DNA of 64,000 nt from an uncultured Dehalococcoidaceae bacterium (GCA_964468755.1 CAYXWH010000002.1:5444-69443); one strand, 5' to 3'; shown: positions 54,329 to 63,856, counted from the stretch's first letter. Translations and numbers: made by a program. The notes: generated by a model not told the origin, from the letters alone.

Positions 54329-55675
54329 ATGATGGCAAACAGAAGTCGGGAAGAAGGCATTGAGTACGTACTCAAGACAGCCCGGGAACATAGTGTCAAG
54401 TTCATACGGCTCTGGTTTACCGATATTCTGGGATTTTTAAAGAATTTTACCATCACCGTGGAGGAACTGGACAGAGCCCTTGCCGACGGGATGGGTTTTG
54501 ACGGCTCGTCCATCGAAGGGTTTGCCCGCATCGACGAAAGTGACATGGTAGCCCTCCCCGACCCCGATACCTTCCGCATACTAACGTCACGGCCTCACGA
54601 GTCCTATGCCATGGCCCGGATGTTCTGCGATATCCTCCTGCCCGGCGGGGAGCCTTTCGACGGTGACCCCCGCTACATCCTGAAGAGAAACCTGAAGCGC
54701 GCCGCTGACATGGGCTATACACTTTACGTCGGGCCGGAACTGGAATATTTCTACTTCCGGGACAGCAACGGTACCGAGCCTCTGGATCAAGGAGGCTACT
54801 TTGACCTGACCCCCCGGGACGCCGCCACTGACATGAGGAAGGAAACCGTGCTCATGCTAGAGGAGATGGGCATCGGCGTGGAATATTCCCACCATGAAGT
54901 CGCTGCCAGCCAGCATGAAATCGATATGCGATATACTGATGCCCTGACCATGGCGGATAACGTGATAACCTACCGGATGATTGTAAAAGAGGTAGCCCTG
55001 AAGTACGGTGTCTATGCCACCTTCATGCCCAAGCCGGTGTTCGGCATAAACGGCAGCGGCATGCATACCCACCAGTCGCTTTTCAAGGGCGACCGCAACG
55101 CCTTCTTCGATAAAAACGACGAATTTCATCTTTCCGGCATAGCCAAATCATACACCGCCGGACTACTCAAACATGCCCCGGAAATAACTTCGGTGACCAA
55201 CCAGTGGGTCAATTCATACAAGCGACTGGTGCCTGGCTATGAGGCTCCGGTATACGTGTCCTGGGCCCGGCGGAACCGCTCTGACCTCATCCGGGTGCCG
55301 GAATACCGACCGGGGAGAGAAAAGGCAACCAGAATCGAAATCAGGTCTCCTGACCCTGCCTGCAATCCGTACCTCGCCTTCAGTGTCATGCTGGCCGCCG
55401 GACTGGAAGGGATTGAGCAAAACTACCCGGTTCCTGAACCGGTGGAGGAAAATGTCTACGAGATGACCGAGCCGGAAAGGAAGGAACGGGGGATAGAGAC
55501 GCTGCCCGCCAGCCTCCTGGAGGCTATCTTGCTAACCGAAAAAAGTGAACTGGTGCGGAAAGCCCTCGGCCAGCACGTCTTTGACGCCTTTATCCAGAAC
55601 AAAAAGATTGAATGGAGCAATTACCGGTCCCAGGTGACCGAATTTGAGCTCAAGAGATACCTGCCTATCCTGTAA
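54329..55675 (+). CDS. glnA: Glutamine synthetase type I
   Basis: VKFIRLWFTDILG, FDGSSIEGF, GPELEYF, and HHEVAASQHEIDMRY motifs. 448 aa. Confidence 0.9.
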   Translation: MMANRSREEGIEYVLKTAREHSVKFIRLWFTDILGFLKNFTITVEELDRALADGMGFDGSSIEGFARIDESDMVALPDPDTFRILTSRPHESYAMARMFCDILLPGGEPFDGDPRYILKRNLKRAADMGYTLYVGPELEYFYFRDSNGTEPLDQGGYFDLTPRDAATDMRKETVLMLEEMGIGVEYSHHEVAASQHEIDMRYTDALTMADNVITYRMIVKEVALKYGVYATFMPKPVFGINGSGMHTHQSLFKGDRNAFFDKNDEFHLSGIAKSYTAGLLKHAPEITSVTNQWVNSYKRLVPGYEAPVYVSWARRNRSDLIRVPEYRPGREKATRIEIRSPDPACNPYLAFSVMLAAGLEGIEQNYPVPEPVEENVYEMTEPERKERGIETLPASLLEAILLTEKSELVRKALGQHVFDAFIQNKKIEWSNYRSQVTEFELKRYLPIL

Positions 55676-55711
55676 GACGTGGTAACCGGCGGCATAGACA
55701 TCACCGGTGAG

Positions 55712-56875
55712 CTAGTCCCGGCTGCTCCAGAGAAACGCAGCACAGCCCAGTGTTACAATCAAAAGAACCGCGCCGGTAAGGGCAAAATTGGTATAAAAGC
55801 CGTAATGGTCAATAATATATCCCATCACTGGTGCAATCAGCCCCGGCCCTCCCCGGCTGCATAGATAGTAGACACCCAGCACGGTAGAGCGGTTGCGCTC
55901 AGATGTCTTGCTAATCAAAAAGGACTCGGCTATGGGCAGCATGGTGTAATGTGCCATGCCGATAATAATCAGTACCGCCGATATGCTCCAGCCAAGTGAC
56001 GACAGGTTGAGCAGGAAGACAAATGGTCCGGCAATGAAACACAACCCCAATGCCAGACGTACCTTGCCCAGACGGTCGGAAATGTAACCGCCCAGAGGAC
56101 CACCCCAAAATCCCGCCGAGGTAGCCAGCGCTAACATAGCCGCCCCCACTTCCTCACTGACACCGAAATTATCGACGGTAAACAACGGGATGAACTGCAG
56201 TAAGGAAAACAGGAGCGCCTGGGTCATTATAGCCATAACGAGAAATGCTACCAGGCGTCGCCGTTGGCCGGGAAAAGCGGCTACCGCGGTGGTGGTAATC
56301 GGCTTAACTTTTACCTCCCCGGCATGTAACTGCCTGCCCAGAAGCACATAAAGTATAATGCCAAAAATCATGGTGATACTAGCCACCGTGATGAAGGAAC
56401 CGCGCCAGCCCAGCGCGGCAGCAATGCCAGCGGCAATCAGCGGAGCCAGGAAGTAGCTGGCGGTGCCGCCAATCTGATGAATTCCCAGCGCCCGCCCGCG
56501 ACGGTTCGGGTCAACCAAGTCTGAGATGAGCGGCGAAGCCGCCGGATGATAACCACCCCCCAGCAGACCCATAAATACCAGAAAGATAAGCATCATAAGA
56601 TAATTTACGGAAAGCCCTACCAGAAGACCAAATAGTGCCACCCCGGAGACACCAATGACAATGAGCAGGCGCGCGCCGAGCCGGTCAGCCAGCCAGCCCC
56701 CGGGAAGCTGACTGACTCCGTAAGCTATGGTAAACGCTGAGACCAGTCCCCCCACCTGAGTATAATCAAGGGCAAACTCGTTGCGGATGAACGGTAGCAA
56801 GGGGGTGAGCAATGCCCCCATCAGGTGATGGGTGAAATGAGCCAGGATAAAGAGTGGCAGCAGTCCCAGTAACAA
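55712..56875 (-). CDS. MFS transporter
   Basis: 387 aa with about 12 TM segments and an MFS loop motif GWLADRLGAR. TTG start. Confidence 0.75.
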   Translation of the reverse strand: MLLGLLPLFILAHFTHHLMGALLTPLLPFIRNEFALDYTQVGGLVSAFTIAYGVSQLPGGWLADRLGARLLIVIGVSGVALFGLLVGLSVNYLMMLIFLVFMGLLGGGYHPAASPLISDLVDPNRRGRALGIHQIGGTASYFLAPLIAAGIAAALGWRGSFITVASITMIFGIILYVLLGRQLHAGEVKVKPITTTAVAAFPGQRRRLVAFLVMAIMTQALLFSLLQFIPLFTVDNFGVSEEVGAAMLALATSAGFWGGPLGGYISDRLGKVRLALGLCFIAGPFVFLLNLSSLGWSISAVLIIIGMAHYTMLPIAESFLISKTSERNRSTVLGVYYLCSRGGPGLIAPVMGYIIDHYGFYTNFALTGAVLLIVTLGCAAFLWSSRD

Positions 56876-56959
56876 TGAGCGAAACCTGGATTTACTAATG
56901 GCACTTTCCTTTCCAAACTATAGAGAGGCTTCAAGCAGATGTACAAAAAGCTACTTACA

Positions 56960-56988
56960 ATTATAGAATCTCCGGCGCTGAATGTCGA
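56960..56988 (-). promoter_or_regulatory. Sigma70-type promoter for the MFS gene (TCGACA-17-TATAAT)
   Basis: The minus strand reads TCGACA (56988-56983), a 17-nt spacer, then TATAAT (56965-56960). Confidence 0.45.
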
Positions 56989-57161
56989 ACCGGGCATACC
57001 AGATGCCAGCCGGTACCGAAAATCTTCGAACCACCCATCGCCGGCGACGGAGCAGCAAAACAAGAAGCACCGGGTTACCGGAACAAGCACCTACGCCAAA
57101 ACGTCATCAGTGAGCCAAAAAACCCTTACTTCCCGGCACAGCCAGAGACCAAGCGAGAGCC

Positions 57162-58154
57162 TCACTGAATGCCGAGAAGCCTGGAGATGTTGCCGCCCAG
57201 TATCATGTCTTTCTCCCGGTCATGCAGCGGCAGTCGTTCAATGACCTCCAGGTCATACTTGTAGTGGTCAGGGTAGGACGTCGGCGGGACCTTTCCGTAA
57301 GATGGGTAGGCGTTACCCTGGTAACGGTAATGTCCGAACGGCGCCGGGGTATCGGTACCGAAAATAACCCGCTCCGCTCCTATTGCCGGGTCGGCTACCG
57401 CTTTTTCCACCACCTCGTAAGGGGCGGAGCTTGTCTCCAGGTACACGTTCTCATGCCTGGCAGCCACCAGGAGCGCCATATCCGCGTACGCACCGAAGTA
57501 AAAAAAGCCCTGCACGCCGATATGGGCGATGATAATCGGCACGTCCGGATACTCGGTAGCAATGTCATCGATGTGGGCGGGATTGCTGAACCACAATGTC
57601 CGCTGGGCGCACCACCCCGGTTTACCGTTACTCCTCACCCGCGGCGACCGGTGGAGGTAGGGGGCGACGCCGGTATGGAAGTGCGCCACCGCTTTGTGTT
57701 CGGCGAGGACATCCATGATGGGCCGATACCTCGCCCATAATTCGGGCCATGTTTCCATTCCGGAAGCTCCCATCAACGCCCACTCCCCCACGCCCTTGAC
57801 CTGAGGAATTTTCAAGTAGGACTCTATTTCCCGGGCAGCATCATCCGGGTTAAACTCGCCGGGAACCGGAGGCGTTGAGAAGCCCACCATCACCGCAGGA
57901 AACCGTTCCGGATATTCCTGAGCCACCTTGATAATTCGTTCGTTCTCATCGGGCAGAATCGATATACCCTGGGATACCAAACCCACGGCACTATCAATGC
58001 CGTATTTGTCCAGGAACTTGAGTATCGTTCCCACCCGTTCTTCCTCAGCCTGCTGCCGCAGCATCAGCTTTTCCATCGTGGTATAGTCTTCGACGCTTTC
58101 AATAGCCGGCCCGGCCGGGTGGGTATGAGCATCAATAATAATGCTCCCTTTCAT
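57162..58154 (-). CDS. Amidohydrolase-2 (metal-dependent TIM-barrel hydrolase/decarboxylase) family protein
   Basis: N-terminal IIDAHTHP metal-binding motif, then later HFH/HIG and FGTD elements. 330 aa. Strong SD AAGGAGGT. Confidence 0.7.
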   Translation of the reverse strand: MKGSIIIDAHTHPAGPAIESVEDYTTMEKLMLRQQAEEERVGTILKFLDKYGIDSAVGLVSQGISILPDENERIIKVAQEYPERFPAVMVGFSTPPVPGEFNPDDAAREIESYLKIPQVKGVGEWALMGASGMETWPELWARYRPIMDVLAEHKAVAHFHTGVAPYLHRSPRVRSNGKPGWCAQRTLWFSNPAHIDDIATEYPDVPIIIAHIGVQGFFYFGAYADMALLVAARHENVYLETSSAPYEVVEKAVADPAIGAERVIFGTDTPAPFGHYRYQGNAYPSYGKVPPTSYPDHYKYDLEVIERLPLHDREKDMILGGNISRLLGIQ

Positions 58155-58196
58155 AGCACTACCTCCTTATACATTTCAAGCCCACGCCATGTCGGC

Positions 58197-60173
58197 TTAG
58201 AGACCACAATGCTGCGCATAGTTTTCCTGATAGGTAGGCGCATTGGGAGGCCGGAGCCAGTAGTCAAACGGGAGCTCGCCGACCTTGACCTCGCCATTTT
58301 CCAGCCGGGTGGTAACAAACTTGTCCCATTCCGGCGGGTCAACCTCAGGATAATCAATCCTTTTGAAGTCGAGAAGGGCACTGCTTGCCTTCCGCGCCAG
58401 AGAGGCATGAACAATCATTTCCGCCACGGTAATGCGGGTAAGGCAGTCCAGGACACGCATTAACTCGTGCGGGTTGCCGACACAGGTTCGGGCCGCTTCA
58501 CTCTCTCTGATGCTGTTAAGCCATCTCAGTCCCATCCTCAGGGTTTCCTCACTCTTGTACTCACCGCAGTAGTCCTGCATTATGCGGCATATTCCAGCCT
58601 GTAATTCTTTCCAGCCGACGTCGCCCCGCTGCCGCAGGGGGGCGTAGACACGCGCCTTCTCTTCGTCCACCTGCCTACGGTCAATAGCCGGCTCAGCCAC
58701 GGTCTGCGCGCAGGCAACTGCCTTTCTTCCGGCATATCTCCCGCTGGTAGCCGCCTGGGCATGGTCACCACCGGAAGCCGTTTGCGTACCCGCCGCATAG
58801 AGACCCTCAAGATTGGTCTTCAGGTCCCAGTCAATCACCACGGCACCGCCGCTGCCGAATGCCGCCTCACGCCACTGTGGCGCTACGGCATCCCTTATGC
58901 CCATCCCAAACGCACCCCGCGCCTCAAGCATATCCCGGTCCGGGTCAAATCCCGCCCTGGTATATACGTCATAAATCGGGATACGGGTCTTACCTTCATG
59001 ACCTACCATCAGGCCGAATATTGCCCTTCGCTCATGCCGGGGCATGCCGGGTAAATCGGCAAACAGCGGGAGTGCATATTCCCCATTTTTAATACGCTCG
59101 GGCAGGTCAGGGATGAGGTTGGCGCCAAGAAGTTCATAAGGTACATCAGGGCCATGAATGGTCAATCGCTGCCCGGGCGCCGGATGGCAGCGTTCCGACA
59201 CCGTTTTCAGTACCCGCCCATCCCTGTCCACCCAGGGAATTTCTTTGCCGTTGGCATCAGCCATAGTACAGGGATACCAGGTATTGCCGGCATTACCAAT
59301 GCCGTAACGGGGGTAGGCCAGGGGACCACCCATTGCCCGCCCGCTTCTCTCCATGAGCGTGCACTCTACGCCAGCCCGCCACGCCATAGCCGCTCCGTCA
59401 CCGGCATTATTGGGGTCGCCATAGTTATGGGCAAACCCCTGCAATTCTGATGAGAATACCCAGAGCCCCGATGGTGAGCCACAGGTAAGCACCGTTGCCT
59501 TCGCCTCAAAGATATAGAACTCGCCGGTTCGCACATCGACTCCGGTGGCACCAACGACTCTGGCCCCCGGCTTGCCTCCTTGCGTAAGCAGGCTGGTTGC
59601 CATGATGCGGTCGTACATGGCTATACCCAGTCGCTTCATCTCATGGTACAGGGCAGGCTTGATGTTCGCCCCCTGGATGCGTATGCAGTGCTTATTCTCA
59701 TAATCATAGGCAAACATCAATTTCGTCTCATCGTCCCTGAACTCGGCACCAGCGAATTCGTCATCGACGTCTCTGACCTTTACCCCCATCTGCTCTACGT
59801 CGAAAAGGGTATCATAGCTTTCTTTGCACAGGATGTAGCAGGTAATCCCGTTGCCATATTCGCGGGTGCCGTAACCGCCAAAGGCTTGAACCGCCTCCAT
59901 CATCTCTTCCGGGGTAACCTTAGAACAGGGGTTGGTACAGGCTGCATGCCAGTGGTCAACCCCGGCCCCGCCGGAACCGCTCCGTATCACCGGGCCTTTG
60001 TCGACCACGGCTACCCTGGCTCCCCGCCTGGCGGCATTAATTGCGGCGTGGCATCCGGCAATGCCGCCACCAATAATGAGAACGTCAGCGCTGACTTCGG
60101 TCTCCCTGCCATACTGTACCGTATATGGCCATTCAACTTCATTTCTTCCCGATATTATTTGGTAACCAGACAT
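58197..60173 (-). CDS. FAD-dependent oxidoreductase, fumarate reductase/succinate dehydrogenase/AprA-like flavoprotein
   Basis: DVLIIGGGIAGCHAAINAARRGARVAVVDKG dinucleotide fold, then GAGVDHW. 658 aa with a large C-terminal cap region. No adjacent Fe-S subunit gene. Strong SD AAGGAGGGG. Confidence 0.7.
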   Translation of the reverse strand: MSGYQIISGRNEVEWPYTVQYGRETEVSADVLIIGGGIAGCHAAINAARRGARVAVVDKGPVIRSGSGGAGVDHWHAACTNPCSKVTPEEMMEAVQAFGGYGTREYGNGITCYILCKESYDTLFDVEQMGVKVRDVDDEFAGAEFRDDETKLMFAYDYENKHCIRIQGANIKPALYHEMKRLGIAMYDRIMATSLLTQGGKPGARVVGATGVDVRTGEFYIFEAKATVLTCGSPSGLWVFSSELQGFAHNYGDPNNAGDGAAMAWRAGVECTLMERSGRAMGGPLAYPRYGIGNAGNTWYPCTMADANGKEIPWVDRDGRVLKTVSERCHPAPGQRLTIHGPDVPYELLGANLIPDLPERIKNGEYALPLFADLPGMPRHERRAIFGLMVGHEGKTRIPIYDVYTRAGFDPDRDMLEARGAFGMGIRDAVAPQWREAAFGSGGAVVIDWDLKTNLEGLYAAGTQTASGGDHAQAATSGRYAGRKAVACAQTVAEPAIDRRQVDEEKARVYAPLRQRGDVGWKELQAGICRIMQDYCGEYKSEETLRMGLRWLNSIRESEAARTCVGNPHELMRVLDCLTRITVAEMIVHASLARKASSALLDFKRIDYPEVDPPEWDKFVTTRLENGEVKVGELPFDYWLRPPNAPTYQENYAQHCGL

Positions 60174-60348
60174 AACCCCTCCTTAATTAAAGGGAAAAAC
60201 TCCGGTTCATCGCACGTGTCAGCCGTCACGATGTATCCCTATTTTCCACCACGATATGACGAATGTCAATACAATAAATTATATGATTGGCAATTCGTGC
60301 ATATTTTGTTAATATATAATCAAAGTGACGATTATATTATTGTATTAT

Positions 60349-60368
60349 GTTATTTTGAGTAAAATAAC
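60349..60368. promoter_or_regulatory. Perfect 8+8 palindrome GTTATTTT-GAGT-AAAATAAC in the divergent control region
   Basis: Read directly from the sequence. It lies about 100 nt upstream of ATG 60466, in the AT-rich spacer between the divergent flavoprotein and FMN-dehydrogenase genes. Confidence 0.4.
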
Positions 60369-60465
60369 GATAAGCTTGTTCGTCTGGCTAATCTTGTTTT
60401 CACCGCAAAAGTCTGGTTCACGCAGGAAAAAGACATACCGTTCATGGTAAAGTAAAGGAGAGACA

Positions 60466-61437
60466 ATGGAAGAAATCAGTATTTCTCAACTTTATGCGCG
60501 GGGCAAAGAGAACCTGGAAAAAGCGGGGTACCGGAGAGCCTGGTCGCCAGAGAGCAACCTTAATGCGTCCATCCCCGCCAACCGGAGATATCTTGACTCT
60601 CTTTTCTTTGTCCCCAAGTTCTTAGACCCGGTGGATGTGGATACCAGCCTGACTCTTTTTGGCATCAGGTTAGCCACACCGGTCTTTGCGTCCTCGCTAT
60701 CCGGCTTTCATCAACTCGGGAAAACCGCCTTAACCGACATCGCCGAGGGGATAAAGAAAGCCGGCTCCCTGATGATGCTGGGTATAGGCGGTTCCACTGA
60801 ATTACAGCGCGCTATCGACACCGGCGTACCCGTGGTCAAGATAGTGAAACCCTATCGGCGAACGGAATTAATCTCAAAAAAGGTCCGGGACGCGGAGCGC
60901 CGCGGCTGCGTGGCCGTGGGCATGGATATTGACCATTTTTACGGCCGGTTAGCCATTGATAAAGTAGATAGAGATGATATGTTTGCACCGCAAAATACGG
61001 AGGAATTGAAACATTTAATCGCTCAGACCAGGCTGCCGTTTATCATCAAAGGGGTGCTCAGTGTTGCCGATGCGCTACGAGCTGCCGAAATAGGCGCCTC
61101 AGCCATCGTGGTGAGTAACCACGGCAGCGGCGCCGTTGATTTCACGGTTCCCTCCATGATGGCGCTCCCCAAGATCATGGAGAGCGTTGGCGGCTGTCTT
61201 ACTGTGCTCATTGATTCCGGATTTAAAACCGGCAATGATGTCCTCAAAGCGCTGGCTTTCGGTGCCAGGGCGGCGGGCTTTGCCAGCTCACTACTGCTGG
61301 CATGGGGAGCCGGTGGCTCCTCAGGAGTGGAGCGTCTTATCAATCTGGTTACGGCGGAGGTAAGACGGACGATGGCTGTCACCGGCTGTGCCAATCTAGC
61401 CTCGATTGACCGGTCGATAATCATCGAGGCACCATAA
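60466..61437 (+). CDS. FMN-dependent alpha-hydroxy-acid dehydrogenase/oxidase family protein
   Basis: PFIIKGVLSVADALRAAEIGASAIVVSNHG, IDSGFKTGNDVLKALAFGA. 323 aa. SD AAGGAG. Confidence 0.8.
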   Translation: MEEISISQLYARGKENLEKAGYRRAWSPESNLNASIPANRRYLDSLFFVPKFLDPVDVDTSLTLFGIRLATPVFASSLSGFHQLGKTALTDIAEGIKKAGSLMMLGIGGSTELQRAIDTGVPVVKIVKPYRRTELISKKVRDAERRGCVAVGMDIDHFYGRLAIDKVDRDDMFAPQNTEELKHLIAQTRLPFIIKGVLSVADALRAAEIGASAIVVSNHGSGAVDFTVPSMMALPKIMESVGGCLTVLIDSGFKTGNDVLKALAFGARAAGFASSLLLAWGAGGSSGVERLINLVTAEVRRTMAVTGCANLASIDRSIIIEAP

Positions 61438-61540
61438 TAAAAAATAGTCCCCCACCGAAAACCGTACCGGGCTATTCCCGGTGAAACCCGTTGTTCGCCA
61501 TGTGACGCCGACGACATTATAGCGAAAGTAATGATTACCG

Positions 61541-62788
61541 ATGACCAGCGAAAAACAGTCTAACTACCGATGGTATATCCTCGCCATAGCGACACTGACC
61601 TTATCTCTGGTGGCATCCGCGCCGAGACAGTGCATGCCTGTCCTGTTCAAGGAGATATCAGAGGATCTTGGCCTCGACCTGGTTCAGGTGGGTACAGTCT
61701 GGGGAATGAATGCCCTCGCCGGTGCTGTGGCCGGACTCCTGGGCGGACTGGTGGTTGACCGCTTCGGGATAAAACGTACCCTCGTCACTGCCTGCCTGTT
61801 AATCGCAATAGTGATAGCACTGAGAGGATTTACCTGGGACTTCATGAGCCTCTCAGTAGCCATGTTTCTTTTCGGGATTTTTGCTTCACTGGTACCGAAA
61901 GCCGGGCATAAAAGCTCGGCAATATGGTTCCCGTCCAATCGACTGGGTATGGCTAACGGTATTTTGTCAATTGGTATGACTATGGGTTCAATGATGGGCT
62001 CAATGATAAGCGCCACGATTCTGTCCCCGCTGCTTGGCGGCTGGAGAAATGTCTTCTTTTTGTACGCTGCGGCGCCTCTGGTCCTCAGCCTGCTATGGCT
62101 TACCACAGGTCGAGAACCGCACCAGGTTGAATCATCAGCCGAGGAAACTGGCACTGCGCCGTTCCGTACTACACTGCTCCGCATCTTACGCAACAAACAG
62201 GTCTGGATAATCGGCATAATCCAGATGGGTCAGATGGGAGCTATGCAGGGAGCAAACGGTTATCTGCCAATCTACTTACGGAATATCGGCTGGTCTCCGG
62301 TCACTGCGGACAGCATCATGGGCATACGCTCCGGAGTCATGACCCTGTTCACCATCCCGATGGTTATGCTGTCCGACCGGATGGGCTTGAGGAAAGGTCT
62401 ACTCATTCCCATGCTGCTTAGCTCAGGTATATGCCTGGGACTGGTTCCATTTTTCGACGGCGCCACGTTATGGGCACTGCTTATTCTTGCCAGTCTCATC
62501 CGGAGCGGGCAAATGGCCTTGTTTTATTCCCTGATAACCGAGACCGAAGGTATCGGGGGACGGTATATAGGTACCGCGATAGGACTGACAAGTACGGTAA
62601 GCCAGTTGGGCGGCTTTTTCGCTCCTCCACTGGGCAATAGCCTGGCCCTTATTGAGCCGGGCATGCCCTTTATCTTCTGGGCAGGACTGTCGTTAGTTAC
62701 CTTATTGGGTTTCTTTTTCATCAAGGAACGAAAACGGCCAAAGACGGGACATCCAGGAGACGCCATCATGCCCGCCGTGGATGGCTAG
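61541..62788 (+). CDS. MFS transporter
   Basis: 415 aa with about 12 TM segments and an MFS loop motif GGLVVDRFGIKR. Confidence 0.8.
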   Translation: MTSEKQSNYRWYILAIATLTLSLVASAPRQCMPVLFKEISEDLGLDLVQVGTVWGMNALAGAVAGLLGGLVVDRFGIKRTLVTACLLIAIVIALRGFTWDFMSLSVAMFLFGIFASLVPKAGHKSSAIWFPSNRLGMANGILSIGMTMGSMMGSMISATILSPLLGGWRNVFFLYAAAPLVLSLLWLTTGREPHQVESSAEETGTAPFRTTLLRILRNKQVWIIGIIQMGQMGAMQGANGYLPIYLRNIGWSPVTADSIMGIRSGVMTLFTIPMVMLSDRMGLRKGLLIPMLLSSGICLGLVPFFDGATLWALLILASLIRSGQMALFYSLITETEGIGGRYIGTAIGLTSTVSQLGGFFAPPLGNSLALIEPGMPFIFWAGLSLVTLLGFFFIKERKRPKTGHPGDAIMPAVDG

Positions 62789-63154
62789 CTTTATTTTACC
62801 CGTCTCATTAACCGTAGCAAATGCTGTTATGTCAATCCCGGGCAACCTGGCAGAGTTGTGATTTAAACGGCGCAAAACCTGATATTGGGTCCAGGTTCCG
62901 ATCATGGAAGAGGCGATTTCCACCTTGCCTGATGGCGTCTGAAAGCCGGACTGCTCATGGAGCCGGGGCGGCCGTTCCGGCAGGTCATACTTGATTCCCT
63001 CAGGATGCCATTTCAAATCGGCAAAGGTTATCCCGGCCGGCTCAAGCAAATCGTCAACGCACTTCTCAAAGTCGCCATCCCAGAATTCATTGCCCAAGCC
63101 AGGCTTCTCTGCCAGTTCGGCATAGATTTCCCATTCCGGCCGGCATTCGCCCAC
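62702..63154 (-). pseudogene. Remnant of a molybdopterin (DMSO-reductase family) oxidoreductase gene
   Basis: GECRPEWEIYAELAEK.GLG..FW.GD...........GITF..LK..P.G.........GFQTPSGKVEI matches from memory the region preceding the C-terminal MopB-CT domain. It is followed by a degenerate ARLPGID...ETGKIKLA tail. The N-terminal roughly two-thirds is missing, and the reading frame opens immediately after the upstream gene's stop. Confidence 0.5.
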
Positions 63155-63157
63155 CGG

Positions 63158-63856
63158 CTACCACCATATGTTTACCTGATGAAAGGCTTCAGCCAGTTCG
63201 AAGTTCTCACCTTCAGCCATGTCGGCAGCCCGTTGCCGCAAATGCTGGTATAAATCAGGAACCCGTTCATCACCCACCTGACTCTGGTGACACCGGAGGG
63301 CAGCAATCTTGATGTCAAAGGTATCGGTGATATCGGAACGGTAATTCGGGTCTTCCGTCGCCCAGAACCAGGCCTCTTTGACCTTGTGCGGTTGCAGTCC
63401 CTCTTCCAGCAAATCGGGGTAGGCAAGGAAGTCCCGGGCGTAGGGGAAAATGGCATCGATGGTTACCTGTCCGGTAATGCGATGGTCCCGATGCCAGAGG
63501 TAACGGCGGTAGGGGTCGGTAGTAACCACTATCTCGGGGCGGTATTCTCTTATCCGGCGCACAATTTCTTTCCGAAACTGGGGGGTATCCTCCAACCCCT
63601 GGTCTGGATAGCGCAGAAAGACAACCTCCCTGACCCCTAAAAGGCTGGCGGCAGCCTGCTGTTCCTGCTCGCGGATAGTGGCCAGTTCCTCAGGTCTGAC
63701 ACTGGTGTCGCTGGTGCCCTTGTCACCGCTGGTGCAGACAATATAGACCACCTGCTTGCCTGCCCGCGTCCAGCGGACCACTGTCCCGGCAACACCAAAC
63801 TCGGCATCATCGGGGTGGGGGGTAACCACCATAACATCAGCCCGCGCGGTTACCAT
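63158..63856 (-). CDS. PIG-L/LmbE family deacetylase
   Basis: VMVVTPHPDDAEFGVAGTV zinc-binding motif, HRDH and CHQSQ elements. 232 aa. SD AAGGAGG. Confidence 0.8.
   Translation of the reverse strand: MVTARADVMVVTPHPDDAEFGVAGTVVRWTRAGKQVVYIVCTSGDKGTSDTSVRPEELATIREQEQQAAASLLGVREVVFLRYPDQGLEDTPQFRKEIVRRIREYRPEIVVTTDPYRRYLWHRDHRITGQVTIDAIFPYARDFLAYPDLLEEGLQPHKVKEAWFWATEDPNYRSDITDTFDIKIAALRCHQSQVGDERVPDLYQHLRQRAADMAEGENFELAEAFHQVNIWW

Noticed and set aside
13405-60362. Long antisense or alternative-frame ORFs: 13405-14025(-), 15382-16227(+), 20145-20732(-), 23319-24164(+), 46433-47170(+), 46536-47537(+), 58761-59054(+) and 59580-60362(+).
   Set aside because: Each lies entirely within, or opposite, a confidently identified conserved gene (pyrE, mutL, ribBA, the SSF transporter, ftsH, the flavoprotein). 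Their Arg/Pro/Gly/Ser-rich composition is typical of shadow ORFs in GC-rich coding DNA.
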